Below are positions 25,348 to 37,804 of a stretch of 64,000 nt of DNA, in pieces (position 1 is the stretch's first letter; every line of letters begins with the position of its first letter). Position numbers and translations under genes: made by a program. Below the pieces are notes generated by a model that was given only the letters and a program-made list of their open reading frames with translations, had not been told where the DNA came from and did no database searches. Origin of the DNA: Glaucostegus cemiculus (Eukaryota); the NCBI GenBank assembly GCA_976551045.1, contig CDPCPM010000010.1, forward strand, positions 2,170,001 to 2,234,000, read 5' to 3'.

Positions 25348-27990
25348 TGGGGGAAGGGAATACAAAGGAGTTGGGGGGGTGGGGGGGAGAAAAGAAGGGG
25401 TGGAGTTACCAGAAGTTAAAGAAATTAATGTTGAGGCTGGAGACTCCCAAGGCGGAACATGAGGTGTTGTTCCTCAACCTGCATCTGGCCTCAACGTGGC
25501 AGTGGAGGAGGCCATGGATAGACGTGTCAGTGTGGGAGTGGGATGTGGTATTGACGTGGGTAGCCATCAGGAAGTCCTGACTGTTGTGGTGGATGGAGCG
25601 AAGGTGCGGATAACAGACCCAACTGGTTGCCCTCCACCACTACCATCCTCTGTCCGGCAGGACTGGTACTCACCCTGAACAACTTTTCTTTCAGCTCCTC
25701 CCACTTTCTCCAAACCCAACACAGATTGGGTGACCGCTTCATCGAGCACCTTCGTTCCACCTGCTGCAACAGCCAGGACCTCCCAGTGGCCACCTACTGG
25801 GAGGTAGGTGGCCTCCTCCACTGCCATGTTTAGGCCAGATGCAGGTTGGAGGAACAACACCTCATATTCCACCTTGGGAGTCTCCAACCTGTTGGCCTCC
25901 ACATCGATTTCTCTAACTTCTGGTAACTCCACCCCTTCTTTTTCTTCCCCCACCCCCCTTTGTCTTCCCTTATTCCTGTGGCTTCCTTCTCCCACCTTGA
26001 TGACCTGCCCATCTCCTCTCCTCCCCCCTCCATCCTTTATTCCATGGTCCACTGACCTCTCCTACTGGATTCCTTCTTCTTCAGCCCTTTGCCTCTTCTA
26101 CCTATCACCTCTTAGATTATATATTTTCCCCCTCCCACCTGGACTCGCCCATCACCTGAACTCACATCCCCTGCCTGCGTGTGCTCCTCCCCCCCCCCCT
26201 CCCCTACCTTCTTATTCTGGCTTCTGTCCTCTTCCTTTCCAGACCTGATGAAAGGTTTTGGTTTGAAATATTTATTTCCTTCCCTGGGTGCCGCCTGGCC
26301 TGCTAAGTTCCTCCAGCACTTTTTTGTGTCTTGCTCTTCATTAAGGGATCAGTTTCAATTGATAAGAAGGCCCGTCAGAAATGTACGAGGAGTGGAGGAG
26401 GAAAATAGGAGGGAGACATGTGGGATAACTGAGGTTCTTGGGACTGCCATGCAGCCAGTAGATGCCACCTGCATGCTTTCTTCCTCCAGAGCTCTGAGTC
26501 AAGTCCCATTTGAAAGACTGGCTCATCTTTTGGACAGAGGTTGTAGCAGTCTGGAAGCACCTTCAATTAGGCTGTGCCATAACTGAAAATCTGAGCAATG
26601 TAGGCCGAACACTTCCCAAAATAGATATTCAGCACTCAGCCTCATACTAAAGGGGCCAATAGCTTGTTTTGGACAGTCATTAAGTAATTGAGATTGTGTC
26701 AAGCCTGTTTCAAGGACCGTCTGGACTCATCCTGAAGTTGGTCCTTTTTGAAAACAGGAATTACAAAGCCCAGTTTCAACTCTTCCACCCGACCCACATC
26801 CATGTACCTTTAAAAGAAGTTAAGGAAAACTTGAGTAAATGAAATAAAGTCATAGAACTCATTGCTGACATGGTGTGGATATGTGTGCCAGATCCTAACT
26901 GAACAGAGAATAAAAATAAATTCTCCAAACCGTCAGTAGATAGCTCCCAGGCTGCAGTTCTTTTCAAACTGTGTTTTTTGTTGGATTTGATATGGGGATG
27001 TGGATTGAAATATATATATTTTGCTGGAAGTTCTTTACAGCATGGCATATCCAAATCAGAAAACATTGTCAAAGTCAATTAATAGTTACAGTAAACATCT
27101 TTATATGCAGGAGGCATCAAGCATATTTAAAAACATTTCCTTAATTAAAACCATTTAATGGGCAGTAAGACATCCCGGTGTGCTTTATGCTTGGGGATAT
27201 TAATCATGTGGTTAATCAATCCACAGTGGTTTCAATTTATTTTGTGGGTTTGATCCACATGAACCCTCACTAGAATACTCTTGTAAACTCTCTGATCCCT
27301 TCTGAAACAAGAGAGCATCTCATTATCAGGAACTTTCCCGTGTGGTTTGCCTGGGTTACTTGACTGTCAGGCTTTGATGAACAGTTTGATGGAATGACAA
27401 TTACTTTTTGGTTTAGTTGCAGTGAGAAGCTAATTTTAGTATTGCCAATCTTTGACAAAATTGTTACAAAATTGTGACAAAAAGGTTAGAGACCAGGCCT
27501 GAAACTGACTGTTACATCAAAAACTGCTCATTGGCAGTGATGTCTTCCTGTACCTGGACTACACCGGATGCTTTTATGGAGTGCTAAAATTCAGCTGGAG
27601 TACAGAGGGAGATGAGCAAATCTAGTTTTGTTGTAACTAAATCTCTAAGGTTTGGTTTATATATTTTGATGTATATATTTCACAATTGCCATTGCTTTTG
27701 TCACATGATTCTCAACAATGTCATGATATTATAATTTGAACATTGAAGTACACCAGCAAAATACAAAGGAGACAAAATGAACTAAGTGCTTGCAATATGC
27801 GACAAACCCATGTTTGTTGATTTTGAAGCTAAATTCATGCAGCCTGCTTTCAGCATCCAGTCAAACTATTCAATACTTATTATTTCAGTGAGAACCCAAT
27901 ATAGAGTAATTATCACCAGTTAAATGTCGACTGCACTATTTAGAACCAGACAGTAGCTCGCAATAGGCAAGTGCTGTCAAGCACTCTCAA

Positions 27991-28120
27991 GCTGAAACAA
28001 ACACAGAAACGGTGGAAGAATTCAGCCGGTCAAGAAGCATCTGTGGAAAGACAGATCAGTCAACGTTTCCTTCAGCATTTTTGTTCTTGTTTCAGATTCC
28101 AGCATTTGCAGTTTTATTTG
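27991..28120. mobile_element. Fold-back PLE pLTR remnant
   Basis: CTGAAACAA...GGAAGAATTCAGCCGGTCAAGAAGCATCTGTGG followed by the inverted CAGCATTTTTGTTCTTGTTTCAGATTCCAGCAT. Confidence 0.6.
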
Positions 28121-28871
28121 TTTTTCACTCTCAAACTGGAGTTGGCCTGGGAGATATTCAAGAATACAACTGCTTGGAAGAGAATAGTGTCTTCAGTTTT
28201 CCAGTGTTGAGCCAGAGGCTTCAGTGCAGAAGGTGACGAGACATTTGCCTAGAAATCCATCCCCAGTCAGCAGTGCTGAAGTTTCCTCCAAAATTCACTC
28301 CATTAAAGTCAATGAAATCAGTTTTGGAGACAAACTACAGCACAACAATCCTAGTTGTAGTGCATTTAGTGCAAGCAACTGGGTATCAGTTCCTAGGAAA
28401 CTTTGCTTCCATAGCATGCCAAGGAGTCTTCCAAATACATGCCAGGCAGGTCATAGGAAGAACTAACTGTGGTGCTAAATGCCATAACGAAACCAAAGGA
28501 CCTGCATGTAACATGCTGACAAAATCTGTATCTTACATGTATGGCAAGGCCAGTAAATGCATCTTCAAATACTACAGTCCACTAGCCTCAAAGATTGGTC
28601 AATGCAACCCAAACTCAATAGCAAACAAGCACTTTCAGTTCAGACTTGTATCAAACATTCACATTCTCCACCCTCTCAAACCCATCACTACTTCAAGCCT
28701 CAGACCTGTTTCTCACAGCTTGTCAAGGGGAATATTCGCTAATGCACCTATGCCTGGAAGTAGTTGGTTTGTGCAGAAGCTTGAAGTCAAACCAGTGTCC
28801 TTCAGGATCTGACACACTACTTTAGTAATCATAAAGAATTCCAAAAAGCCCAATTCTTTTGTAGAACTGTA

Positions 28872-29130
28872 GGGACAAATGATAGCGTAGCAGTTAGCTT
28901 GACGCTGTTACAGCGCCAGTGATCGGGGTTCAATTCCCGTCGCTGTCTGTAAGGAGTTTGTACGTTCTCCCGTGTCTGCGTGGGTTTCCTCCGGGTGCTC
29001 CGGTTTCCTCCCACATTCTAAAAGACGTACGGGTAAGTTAATTTGGAGGTTTAAAATGGGCGGCGCGGACTCGTTGGGCCGAAAGGGCCTGTTACCACGC
29101 TGTAAAAATAAAATTAAAATTAAAATTAAT
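28872..29130 (+). mobile_element. Young V-SINE (HE1-like)
   Basis: A/B boxes, V-domain, CR1-type tail and (AAATT)n. Confidence 0.92.
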
Positions 29131-29704
29131 CTGGTAGAAATTAATCTGCAAGTAACCTGAGTATAGTTGGCAATTCCCTTTCAACACACTGGTGAGTGTC
29201 CTTGCTGTTAGTGGATGAGCATTAGCTGGAGCATAAGCTGCAGTTTCACAGTGCTGGAGACAAATAAGCATTGCTCACTGGTTGACCTGATGATCTGCCT
29301 ATTTTGCATGAGCTAACATCCTGATCAATACAGCAGCTGGTATGACTTGCACAGCAAATGTATGCATGGCATCCAAAGTGCCCAAGCAATGGGTGCTACA
29401 GAGCCCAACTTTTTGGCTGAAGCATTTATTTGATAACAATACAGATCTGTCAAAAGACTGTTCAAAGGAGACTACTGTCTCATTCTTTCAAAACTGCAAA
29501 TGCTGTTTTATTTTCCACAACTAAATTCACATTATGCCATAGAAAAGTAAATATAAATTAGCAGAACATTGAAGGTACGCTTGGTTCTGTTTCTCCAAGC
29601 TTCAAGCATAACTAAAATGCTGAGAAATTTGTATACTTCCGTCAAAGTCAATTAATTAAATCATGTTGTACACATTCTTTTTTCTGGCAAACAAGCACAC
29701 AGCC

Positions 29705-29812
29705 AAAAATAAAAACCGGAAAATGTTGGAAATACTCAACAGATCAAGCAGCAGTGTGGGAAAAGAGAGTTACCATTTCTTCTTGACAACTTATCAACAG
29801 AACTGGAAAAGG
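29705..29812 (-). mobile_element. PLE pLTR remnant
   Basis: GAAAATGTTGGAAATACTCAACAGATCAAGCAGC...CAGAACTGG, same family as 32830-32955. Confidence 0.6.
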
Positions 29813-29920
29813 TTTATGTTATAACAACTTTGAGTAGATGTGTTTATTAGCCTAAATGAATAACTGGCAGTGCAGTATGTAGATCGTGCACACTGCAGAT
29901 ATAGTAAAGTGTATGCAAAC

Positions 29921-30208
29921 CATGGAGTGTAGCAGTTAGCGTAATGCTATTACAGTGTCAGCGACCCATGTTCAATTCCAGCCGCTGTCTGTAAGGAGTT
30001 TGTACGTTCTCCCTGTGTCTGCGTGGGTTTCCTCCGGGTGCTCCAGTTTCCTCCCACGTTCCAAAGACGTATGGGTTAGGAAGTAGGAAGCATGCTATGT
30101 TGGCGCTGGAAACATGGCGGCACTTGCGGGCTGCCCCCAGAACACTACACAAAAGATGCATTTCACTGTGTGTTTCAATGTACATGTGACTAATAAAGAT
30201 ATCTTATC
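29921..30208 (+). mobile_element. V-SINE subfamily with an alternative (non-CR1) tail, nested in a LINE remnant
   Basis: Same head and V-domain as the HE1-like copies, but the tail is GCATTTCACTGTGTGTTTCAATGTACATGTGACTAATAAAGATATCTTATC. Second copy at 57635-57912. Confidence 0.85.
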
Positions 30209-30769
30209 AGTGGCAGAGGGAGTGAATGTTTTGAATGGTGAAAGGGGTGCCAATTCATCAAGCTGTCAAACTTTTAATGTGTTTTGAATCTGCACTCATC
30301 CAGGGAATTGGGAGAAACAAAGGAAAGCTGTTGAGTTAATAAAGTAGACCAACCTGAGTCTGGTTCCCGGAACTGAATTGCATCTGTGCAGAGAAACCCC
30401 CTTTAAGTCATAAGCTGTAGAGATATTAGTGCCATTAAGATCTGGTTGAGCTGAGAGTGCCAAATGACAGGTGTGGTTTGGGACATTGTGATCTAATGTC
30501 TTGCTCCTGGAATAGCAGAAAATAGGTAATCTGTACAAACTCAGCCCACAACCATAAATGCCCAACTGAATTACCAGAGTGGTGTGACTCAAGCCAGACT
30601 GAGTAGAGGTGTTCTACGTAGCAGTCACCCAACCTGAGTTTAATTTCTCAAGTGTAGAGGAAACCATTAAATTGGAAGAAGTGAGAGTGAGTCATTGCTT
30701 CATCTGGAGGGAGTGTTTACATCTGTAAATGGAGGAAAGGAACAAAGTAAGAGAGCAGGGATGTTGCAT

Positions 30770-30930
30770 TTCCTGTGGTTGTAAAGGAAGGAGATATGAA
30801 GCAGGGAATGGAAGAGAGAATCAAGAAAATATTGAGGGAACTATTTCTTTGGAGTGCTGAAAGGAGAGGGTGCAGGGAAGATGTATCTAATGGCAGCATC
30901 ATGTTGAATTTGGCAGATATTACAGAGGAT
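30770..30930 (-). mobile_element. Very old PLE coding remnant
   Basis: ORF 30717-30956 PLLSALQRNSSLNIFLILSS resembles the PLE linker motif P.SAFRRD.SL.D.LV.SS. Confidence 0.4.
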
Positions 30931-32829
30931 AATTTGTTCAATATGAAGGCTGTCATAGAGCAGACAATGGAAATCTTGGTTAGACAGAGAGATGTTAAGG
31001 AATATCTTTAACAGAGCAAGTTTGGGAGGGAATTCCTGACTTTAGAGCCTTGGCTGCCAAAATTCTGGGGTGATGCAATGTCATATCATTTGACAAATGT
31101 TCATTGTTTGAGTGCACTCCAGTGTAACAAAAAGATAATTTCCTCTGTGTCTATATTGCTTGTATGTACATCAGTATAAACACAAATGAGATGAATGATC
31201 TGATTTTAGTATATTGCTTGCACGGTGTTCATAGATATTTTTATATTGTTGACTTGAGCTGTTTTGTTCCAAGGAGAATATAACAAAAAAAAACCACTGA
31301 AAATGCTAGCAACAAAGCAGACCAGTAGGGAAAGGATAGAATTATTTTTCACATGTAACTCCACATCTGACGTTGGAAAGGGTTATCTGATATGTTAATT
31401 TAATCCTTTGTCTTATCATGTGCTGGTTGATCTTTTTGAATTTTAGACCTTTTTACTTCAAATTTCTTGTAATTGTAGGCACAATTTTTCGGTTTGATCT
31501 CATTATATTATGCTGGTTCTTTTCTGTTTACAGTCAGATGTCAGCTGTATTATGAAATGCGGTACCCAATAGCAGCATGTGTTGTTAACTCTTCTTGGTT
31601 TCTTCAATAGCACAGAGGAGATGGGTCTAAATTTTTCCAGATTCTCAAATCAGAGAGACATGTTTAATCAGGAGTAACCATTGGAGAGAAATCTGCACAC
31701 ATTTGTCGAACTCCTTTGATATAAAGGTGCTTTTGGAGATAAAATACTTCAGGCTTTGGGTTAATATAGTCAAAAATTGGGCACCTGTTGGGATTTTATG
31801 AGAGTTATCCAGTCATTTGGTGCATGTACTCAAGAGAAATACAGTTACAGGTAACAAACACCTTGTGAAGACTAATTTAAGTGATAAGTTAACAATGATT
31901 TTGCATGAACAGCTGTCATTAAACTGTTTCCCATTACTCTGCCATTTTGCAAATGAATAAAACATCATCAAGCTACTGTATGTTTCAATTGACCTCTTTT
32001 CCAAACTACTTTATCAAACAAAGTGTTTTCATTGAGGTTCTATGCTGAATGCAGAAATAATTTTGTTACCTGATACTTGAATATTTTTTTCCAAGATAAT
32101 TGAAACTTGTTACTCTTAATGACAGTGTGTCTGTATAATTCAAACACACGCACTGCTTTGAAGTATGGCTTTAAGATGATGTTGATTGTCCCTGCTATTT
32201 ACAGCAGTTTTAAATTAAATGCTATGACTTTTATGGGGTTGTCTGATTTATTCAGTCATAGTGTGATTTATGATCAAGTTGCAAAAAATATTTAGAGAAC
32301 AATTTGTTCAGACAGCACTCTGACTGTTTAAATTTATTGCCAAAGGGATGTTTTTCTCCTTGCTCACCTAAAATCCCTGCATATAAATAGAAGTCAATTT
32401 GCAATTTCAAAGAAGTTAATAACCACACAGTTTGTATCTATTAAAGAGTTTGCAGTGTTGTAGAACCATGAGTGAAGTGGGCTGAATCACCTGTGGAGTC
32501 AATCCAGGCTGTTCTTGCACGGCTCTTGGCAATCTCTCTTAGACCAGTACCAACAGATGTGCAAATTCTGTCTTGCAAACTTTGAGTGGGTCCATGAGTG
32601 AAATAAGAGGAGACTTTTCTTATTCATTAAAGTGACAATGAGGAAGGGGAAATGTGCAGTAAATGACAACAAAAACATACATTTAACCAAGACAGCAGCA
32701 GCAAGTTTTCATGCCTCTGATGTAGCTAGTAAGGCACTTCAATCTATTAACTTCAATGTGTCTGAAAATCTAGTTGTTTGTGATGTCTGTAGGATATAAT
32801 TTCATGACAGCAGTACAAAGCTACAAGAA

Positions 32830-32955
32830 TGCTGATGAAAGATCATTGACCTGAAATTTTAACTCTGTGCCTCTCTCCACAGATGCTGCGTGACCTGATG
32901 AATATTTGTAGTATTTCGTTTAATTTTGAACTTCCAGCATCCACAGCATTTGGCT
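32830..32955 (+). mobile_element. PLE pLTR remnant with a degenerate hammerhead core
   Basis: CTGATGAAAGATCATTGACCTGAAA...CTCTCTCCACAGATGCTGCGTGACCTG...TTCCAGCATC. Confidence 0.7.
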
Positions 32956-35900
32956 ATTAGGTAATGACAAAAGCAACAATAACTTCCACCAGTACAGTGT
33001 TTTTAACGCTGCTATTAATGTCTAATAATGCCTTAGTGTATCAAAGGAGTATAATCAAACCTATAAACTGTTTCAGGAAGGAGGCTTTACAAGTGTAGCA
33101 AGGGGGCTTCATAGGCTTTGTTAAAACGTGTCTTAGAAAGACTGGTCTGGTGAAAATGGTGGAGGTGGCATCTGGAATATGTACTGTAGACTGTCCTATG
33201 GCATTGTGCATACCTGGAATTTTTAGTGCAAACACGTGGAGGATCAGGAATACGAATCACCATTACATTTCATCTCACTGAAATTCAAACGTGCACACAA
33301 AAACATAGTGCGCTGCAATCCATTTTCTAGGCAAGGTGTCACTAATTAGCCACGTATCTGACAGGGAAGTCCCTAATAAACACAACTCTCATAACTGAAG
33401 AATCAGCAGCATCTGCCATTCATATTTTTAAGCAAAATTTATTCTTGATTTGCAAACAAAATTCTTCAGAAGACTTTTTGAGAAATAATGTATGTGTCAG
33501 GATTCTATTTACACTGAATCTTCAGATTTCTCAGCCAATGTTGGAAGACTCAGCATCCTTTCCGTTTTGTGTCTACTGATGCTGATTGACCTGTTGTTCA
33601 TTTCTCACAGGTCTGTTTTATGTACCTCAGTTTCATTTGCCTTGTATCTCCATATAAAACATAGCAAGTGTTGGAGGGTTTGGAAAGACTGTGAAACTAG
33701 CATCCAGAAATGTTTTGAAGAAATGTCACCTATTGAATATCATTAATCATTGTGATTGATACCCCACCAAAAATTTGCATTCAATGGCTTAATCTTGCAA
33801 TCTGTTTCTACTCTGCTGCCTGTAACCTTAGAAGCATGATGTCCTGTTTACCCTCCTCTTCAGTTTGTTGATCTACATTGTTTCTGTGTTAAGTAATACC
33901 TCAAAATTAAACTTGGAATCCTTATTTTCAAATCCTTCCACTGGCCTTGCTACCCCTCTGTCACCTTCTCCAGCCTACAGTCTTCAAAGAATTCACTTCT
34001 GCTCCATCTGTGATTTTCGTGATCTTACAATTGACAATAATCCAGGCTCTGAACTCTGTTTTTCTCTTTCTAAATCTTTATTTCAGCCATTGTGGTGATC
34101 CCTAAAGCCTACGTCCTGGGGCTTTTGTTCACTGTTATGTGACAGTAAATTGAAATAATTTGGAGTGAATTGTGTTAATGATCATTTCTGGGCCATTTTG
34201 CATCACTCTGGAAATTTGATCAAGTACCTCCTGAAGTATTCCAGCCATGGATTTCTGATGCAATTTCCATGCAGTCATGCAATGCTCTTGCAATAATCCT
34301 TTGGGCTTCCCCATGACATGGTATGAACCTCTCGTACAAACGCACTCCCAATATCCAGTGCCCTGGTCCCATTCTCCTAAACTTCTGATGTCTTCAATAC
34401 TCGCTGCTTTCCAATGGTTCCAAACACTTGACACTCTGAGGCCCAGGCTCCAAACCCGCAGTTGTCTCCCTGGTAGCCCAGATCTGTGATCCTCATCGAT
34501 CCTCACCAACATTTTCTCCGCCACATCAAACCTGCGCATCTCGGTATCACTGGCTCATTTCAAGTACAGTAAAGTGCAATGCTCTTTCTCGGCAGCTACT
34601 GAAACCTGCAATAATTAAAACAGTCAGTTGTGCATCTTTTACATTAACATCATTAATATCTGTGTGCACTAGAATTGAGTGCACTAGAATTTGAGTGCAC
34701 TAGGTTTATCTCTTTGACCAGGCTATTGGACATCTCCTTATCTGCTTTGCTGTCACATTCTGTTTCTTATTATTCCTGTGGAATAATTTGTGATATCTGC
34801 CATAATAGAAATGCAAGTTGTTGTTGTAAAGTTCATGGCTTTTATCAACAATTTTCTTATTGGAGATACCTATGAGTCAGATAACAGAAATTCATTCTGG
34901 TCCTCTCAGTAAGCCTGATATATTCTAGTGGATGTGTTTTCTGCTCTGCATCTGAGCTTGGTTCCATTGAAATCAATACAACTATATTTCAGGAGCAGAT
35001 TAAACTGTTCACCCACTAGTACTTAGCACATTTACTGCTTAATGGGGATTAATTTTTATGCCTTTATTCCTCCTTTTGTGAATCATTAGGATTGTGTTCC
35101 TTCTGTTAAAGCCACAATACATATTGCCAAAAATGCAGAAGAGAGTTGGTATAAAATTATATCTTAACCTTTTTTGTCCATTTGCTACTTGCTGTTGATC
35201 TGAATGTCACCTGAACCCCTTTATTAAAATGAAGTGTCATGGTACTTTTCCGTCTTTTCATTGTAGTGGATTGTATTGCACACAATTAATTATCATTAAG
35301 GTAATAAATTATTTAAATTACTCTTTGTTGAAACATTCAAAATTACTTTGAATTATTGTTCTTCTGTGAGAGTTTTTTCCCTCTATATTGTGCTGCAGCC
35401 ATTAATTAGCAATACAATGGAAAGTGTCTAGACAGTGAACTACAATAACTGATGTACTGATTTATAATAAGGAACATGTTCAGAGCCTGCACGATACTTA
35501 ACATGGCTAAAACAATCATACTTTGAGCATCGCTATAAAATTTAGAAGAAAAGAAAATCAGAATAGTCATGTTATTTATGAGAGATTTTATCTTTGAAAA
35601 AGTCTGAACACAATTAAAATTGGAGGGAAATTTTCAGGAGAGAGATAACATGTTAAAATTAGTAGATGATATAAATTAAATAATCTGTTGCAAGTCAGGA
35701 ATGACTCCTGGGTATAATGTTATCTTGCAACTCTCTGGTATAATCTTTAATGTGAAAGAGACCATCACTTTGGGATTTAAAACAATATATTAGTGGATAA
35801 GTGTAGGATCTGTTACATATAGATTGAATTACAGAACACAGATGATTAAAGAACTTGGGGTGAAATTTGCCTTTGTGTAATGATCTGAAGTAGGTTGAGG

Positions 35901-36834
35901 CAAATTGCCAGCCTGTGTTACATCTCTGATTTTCATGTTAATTCACTAACCTCTGATTTATACTTGCACACAAGTCAAAGTTTACTCTCTGCCTTTTTAT
36001 CAGATTTTCGTGTCTTCCTGATGCATTATGTTTTTCTTGCATCTGTATTGCATTTGGATTTCTTCATTTACTGGAAATACATTTTCATAGTCACTCTCCC
36101 AAAAATTAGAATAGGGAATTCTTCTCCCTGCATTGCAAGAGAGTTTCTTGGAATAGTGAAATATTGGCACTTAGTGGTGTATTAAGAGAGTGTCACGTGA
36201 CTCAAAGCAGAATACTAGTGGACAGTAATACGGTGATTTATGTTTGGTGTTAAGTGTTTAAGGTAACTGCATTCCTCCTGGAATTTTCCAGACTGCTACA
36301 TAATTGGAACCAGGTCACTTGACTGTAAAATACATGGGTATATCAATAACCCGGAAAACAGAAGGGGTATGATGTTTGATTTTTGTTCTGAGACTTCAAA
36401 GCAGCTTGCAATTATAATGCAGTCAGTCAAATCTTCGCCAATAAAACTAAAGGAGAGGAAAATGCAACTGTTGTGTGTTCTGCTAAGGAAGGTGTAGATC
36501 TGATAAATTATATTGTTACAGGTCAAATTGCATTCAGGACGTTTACAAAAATGATTTGAACACTTACATTTTCTGGCTTCAACTGCTATTTCACTGGGTT
36601 GTACTGAGCTGAGCACCTTTAATGGAGATGCAACTCAATAGGCACATAGGATTTCATCAGGACCCAAATAAGTCAAAGGTCAGTAATTTGCATAGAGTAT
36701 AAGGCTACCATCAGATTTAAGCAGAGGTGGTAGTGAGAGAGCTTAATGGAAAGCCTAGGGATTGAGGGGTAGAGAGGGAAATTTTGAGCAGGAATGGGGC
36801 AGAACGTTCACTACAAACACTTGTATTCTGCTGA

Positions 36835-37020
36835 TGCAGCAAACAGTCTCTGGAGGAACTCAGCAGGTTGAGCAGCGTCTGTGGGAGGAAAGGAGTTGTT
36901 GATATTTCAGATCAAAATGCTGCATCAGGACTGAGAGTGCAGATGCAAGGTGGCCAGAATAAAGGGGAGCCGGGTATGGGTGAGGCAGGGATCTGAGGTG
37001 ATTGGTGAACTGAGGAGGGC
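36835..37020 (-). mobile_element. PLE pLTR remnant
   Basis: CTGGAGGAACTCAGCAGG...TTTCAGATCAAAATGCTGCATCAGGACTG resembles 24640-24760. Confidence 0.7.
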
Positions 37021-37371
37021 TGTCAGCTGAATTCTGCTGATAGCCCCTTTCCACCAGAGAGGGTGAGGAAAAGTTTTGATTCAATTTTGCAGTTAAGTAA
37101 ACTTGTCCAGTAGGTGAAATCCTGAATATTCTTGAGAGATGCAAAGTATGGAATAAGATCCTCTCTGTAATTATCACATGGCCCAGGCTTTCTCCCTCAA
37201 GCATCACTTCATATGGATTGTCCAAATGATTTGACATGCACTGGAAGCAAGTCTCAGTGACACCATTCACCTAATCAGCTCAAATGCTTCAGTCCTTGAG
37301 ACATAATTACAGGAAATTGTAGTTCACCCATGATCAGATTGTTAGGAGAATCGGCCAAAGTCAAAGTATAA

Positions 37372-37804
37372 AGTCTTATGAGGATAGGTTGAGCGAGTTA
37401 GGGCTTTTCTCTTTGAAGAGAAAGAGGATGAGAGGTGACTTGATAGAGGTGGACAAGATGATAAGAGGTATAGACTGAGTGGACAGTCAGAGACTTTTTC
37501 CCAGGGCGACAACGGCTAACACAAGGGGGACATAACTTGAAGGTGACTGGAGGAAGGTATAAGGGGGATGTCAGGGGTAAGTTTTTTACACAGAGAGTGG
37601 TGGGTGTGTGGAACGCACTGCCGGCAGAGGTTGTGGGGGCAGATACATTAGGGACATTTAAGAGACTCTTAGATAGACACGTGAATGATAGAGAAATGGA
37701 GAGCTATGTGGGAGGGAAGGGTTAGATAGATCTTAGAACAGGATAAAATGTCGGCACAACATTGTCGGCCAAAGGGCCTGTACTGTGCTGTAATGTTCTA
37801 TGTT
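37372..37804 (+). mobile_element. CR1 3' end fragment
   Basis: ORF 37537 reads ...GDVRGKFFTQRVVGVWNALP...FKRLLD, with a TGTTCTATGTT tail. Confidence 0.9.

Larger units (their letters stand above)
24603..26332. mobile_element. Penelope-like element derivative with inverted arms (24603-25610 minus, 25612-26332 plus), spanning an assembly gap
   Basis: ORF 25627 encodes LVLTLNNFSFSSSHFLQT (PLE RT) joined to RLGDRFIEHLRS..DLPVA (GIY-YIG C-terminal part). The arms are imperfect reverse complements, each ending in a hammerhead-bearing pLTR. Confidence 0.85.

Noticed and set aside
24823-25580. Long ORFs of 180-247 aa
   Set aside because: Artefacts of reading through the N gap.
28273-28812. 179-aa plus-strand ORF
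   Set aside because: GTG start, no recognisable motif or convincing splice signals; plausible by chance.
30296-30660. Possible LF-SINE-like remnant
   Set aside because: Similarity is too weak to support by eye.
34664-34703. Three short spaced repeats (GTGCACTAGAATTGA) as a CRISPR-like array
   Set aside because: A simple tandem repeat with no unique spacers, in vertebrate DNA.
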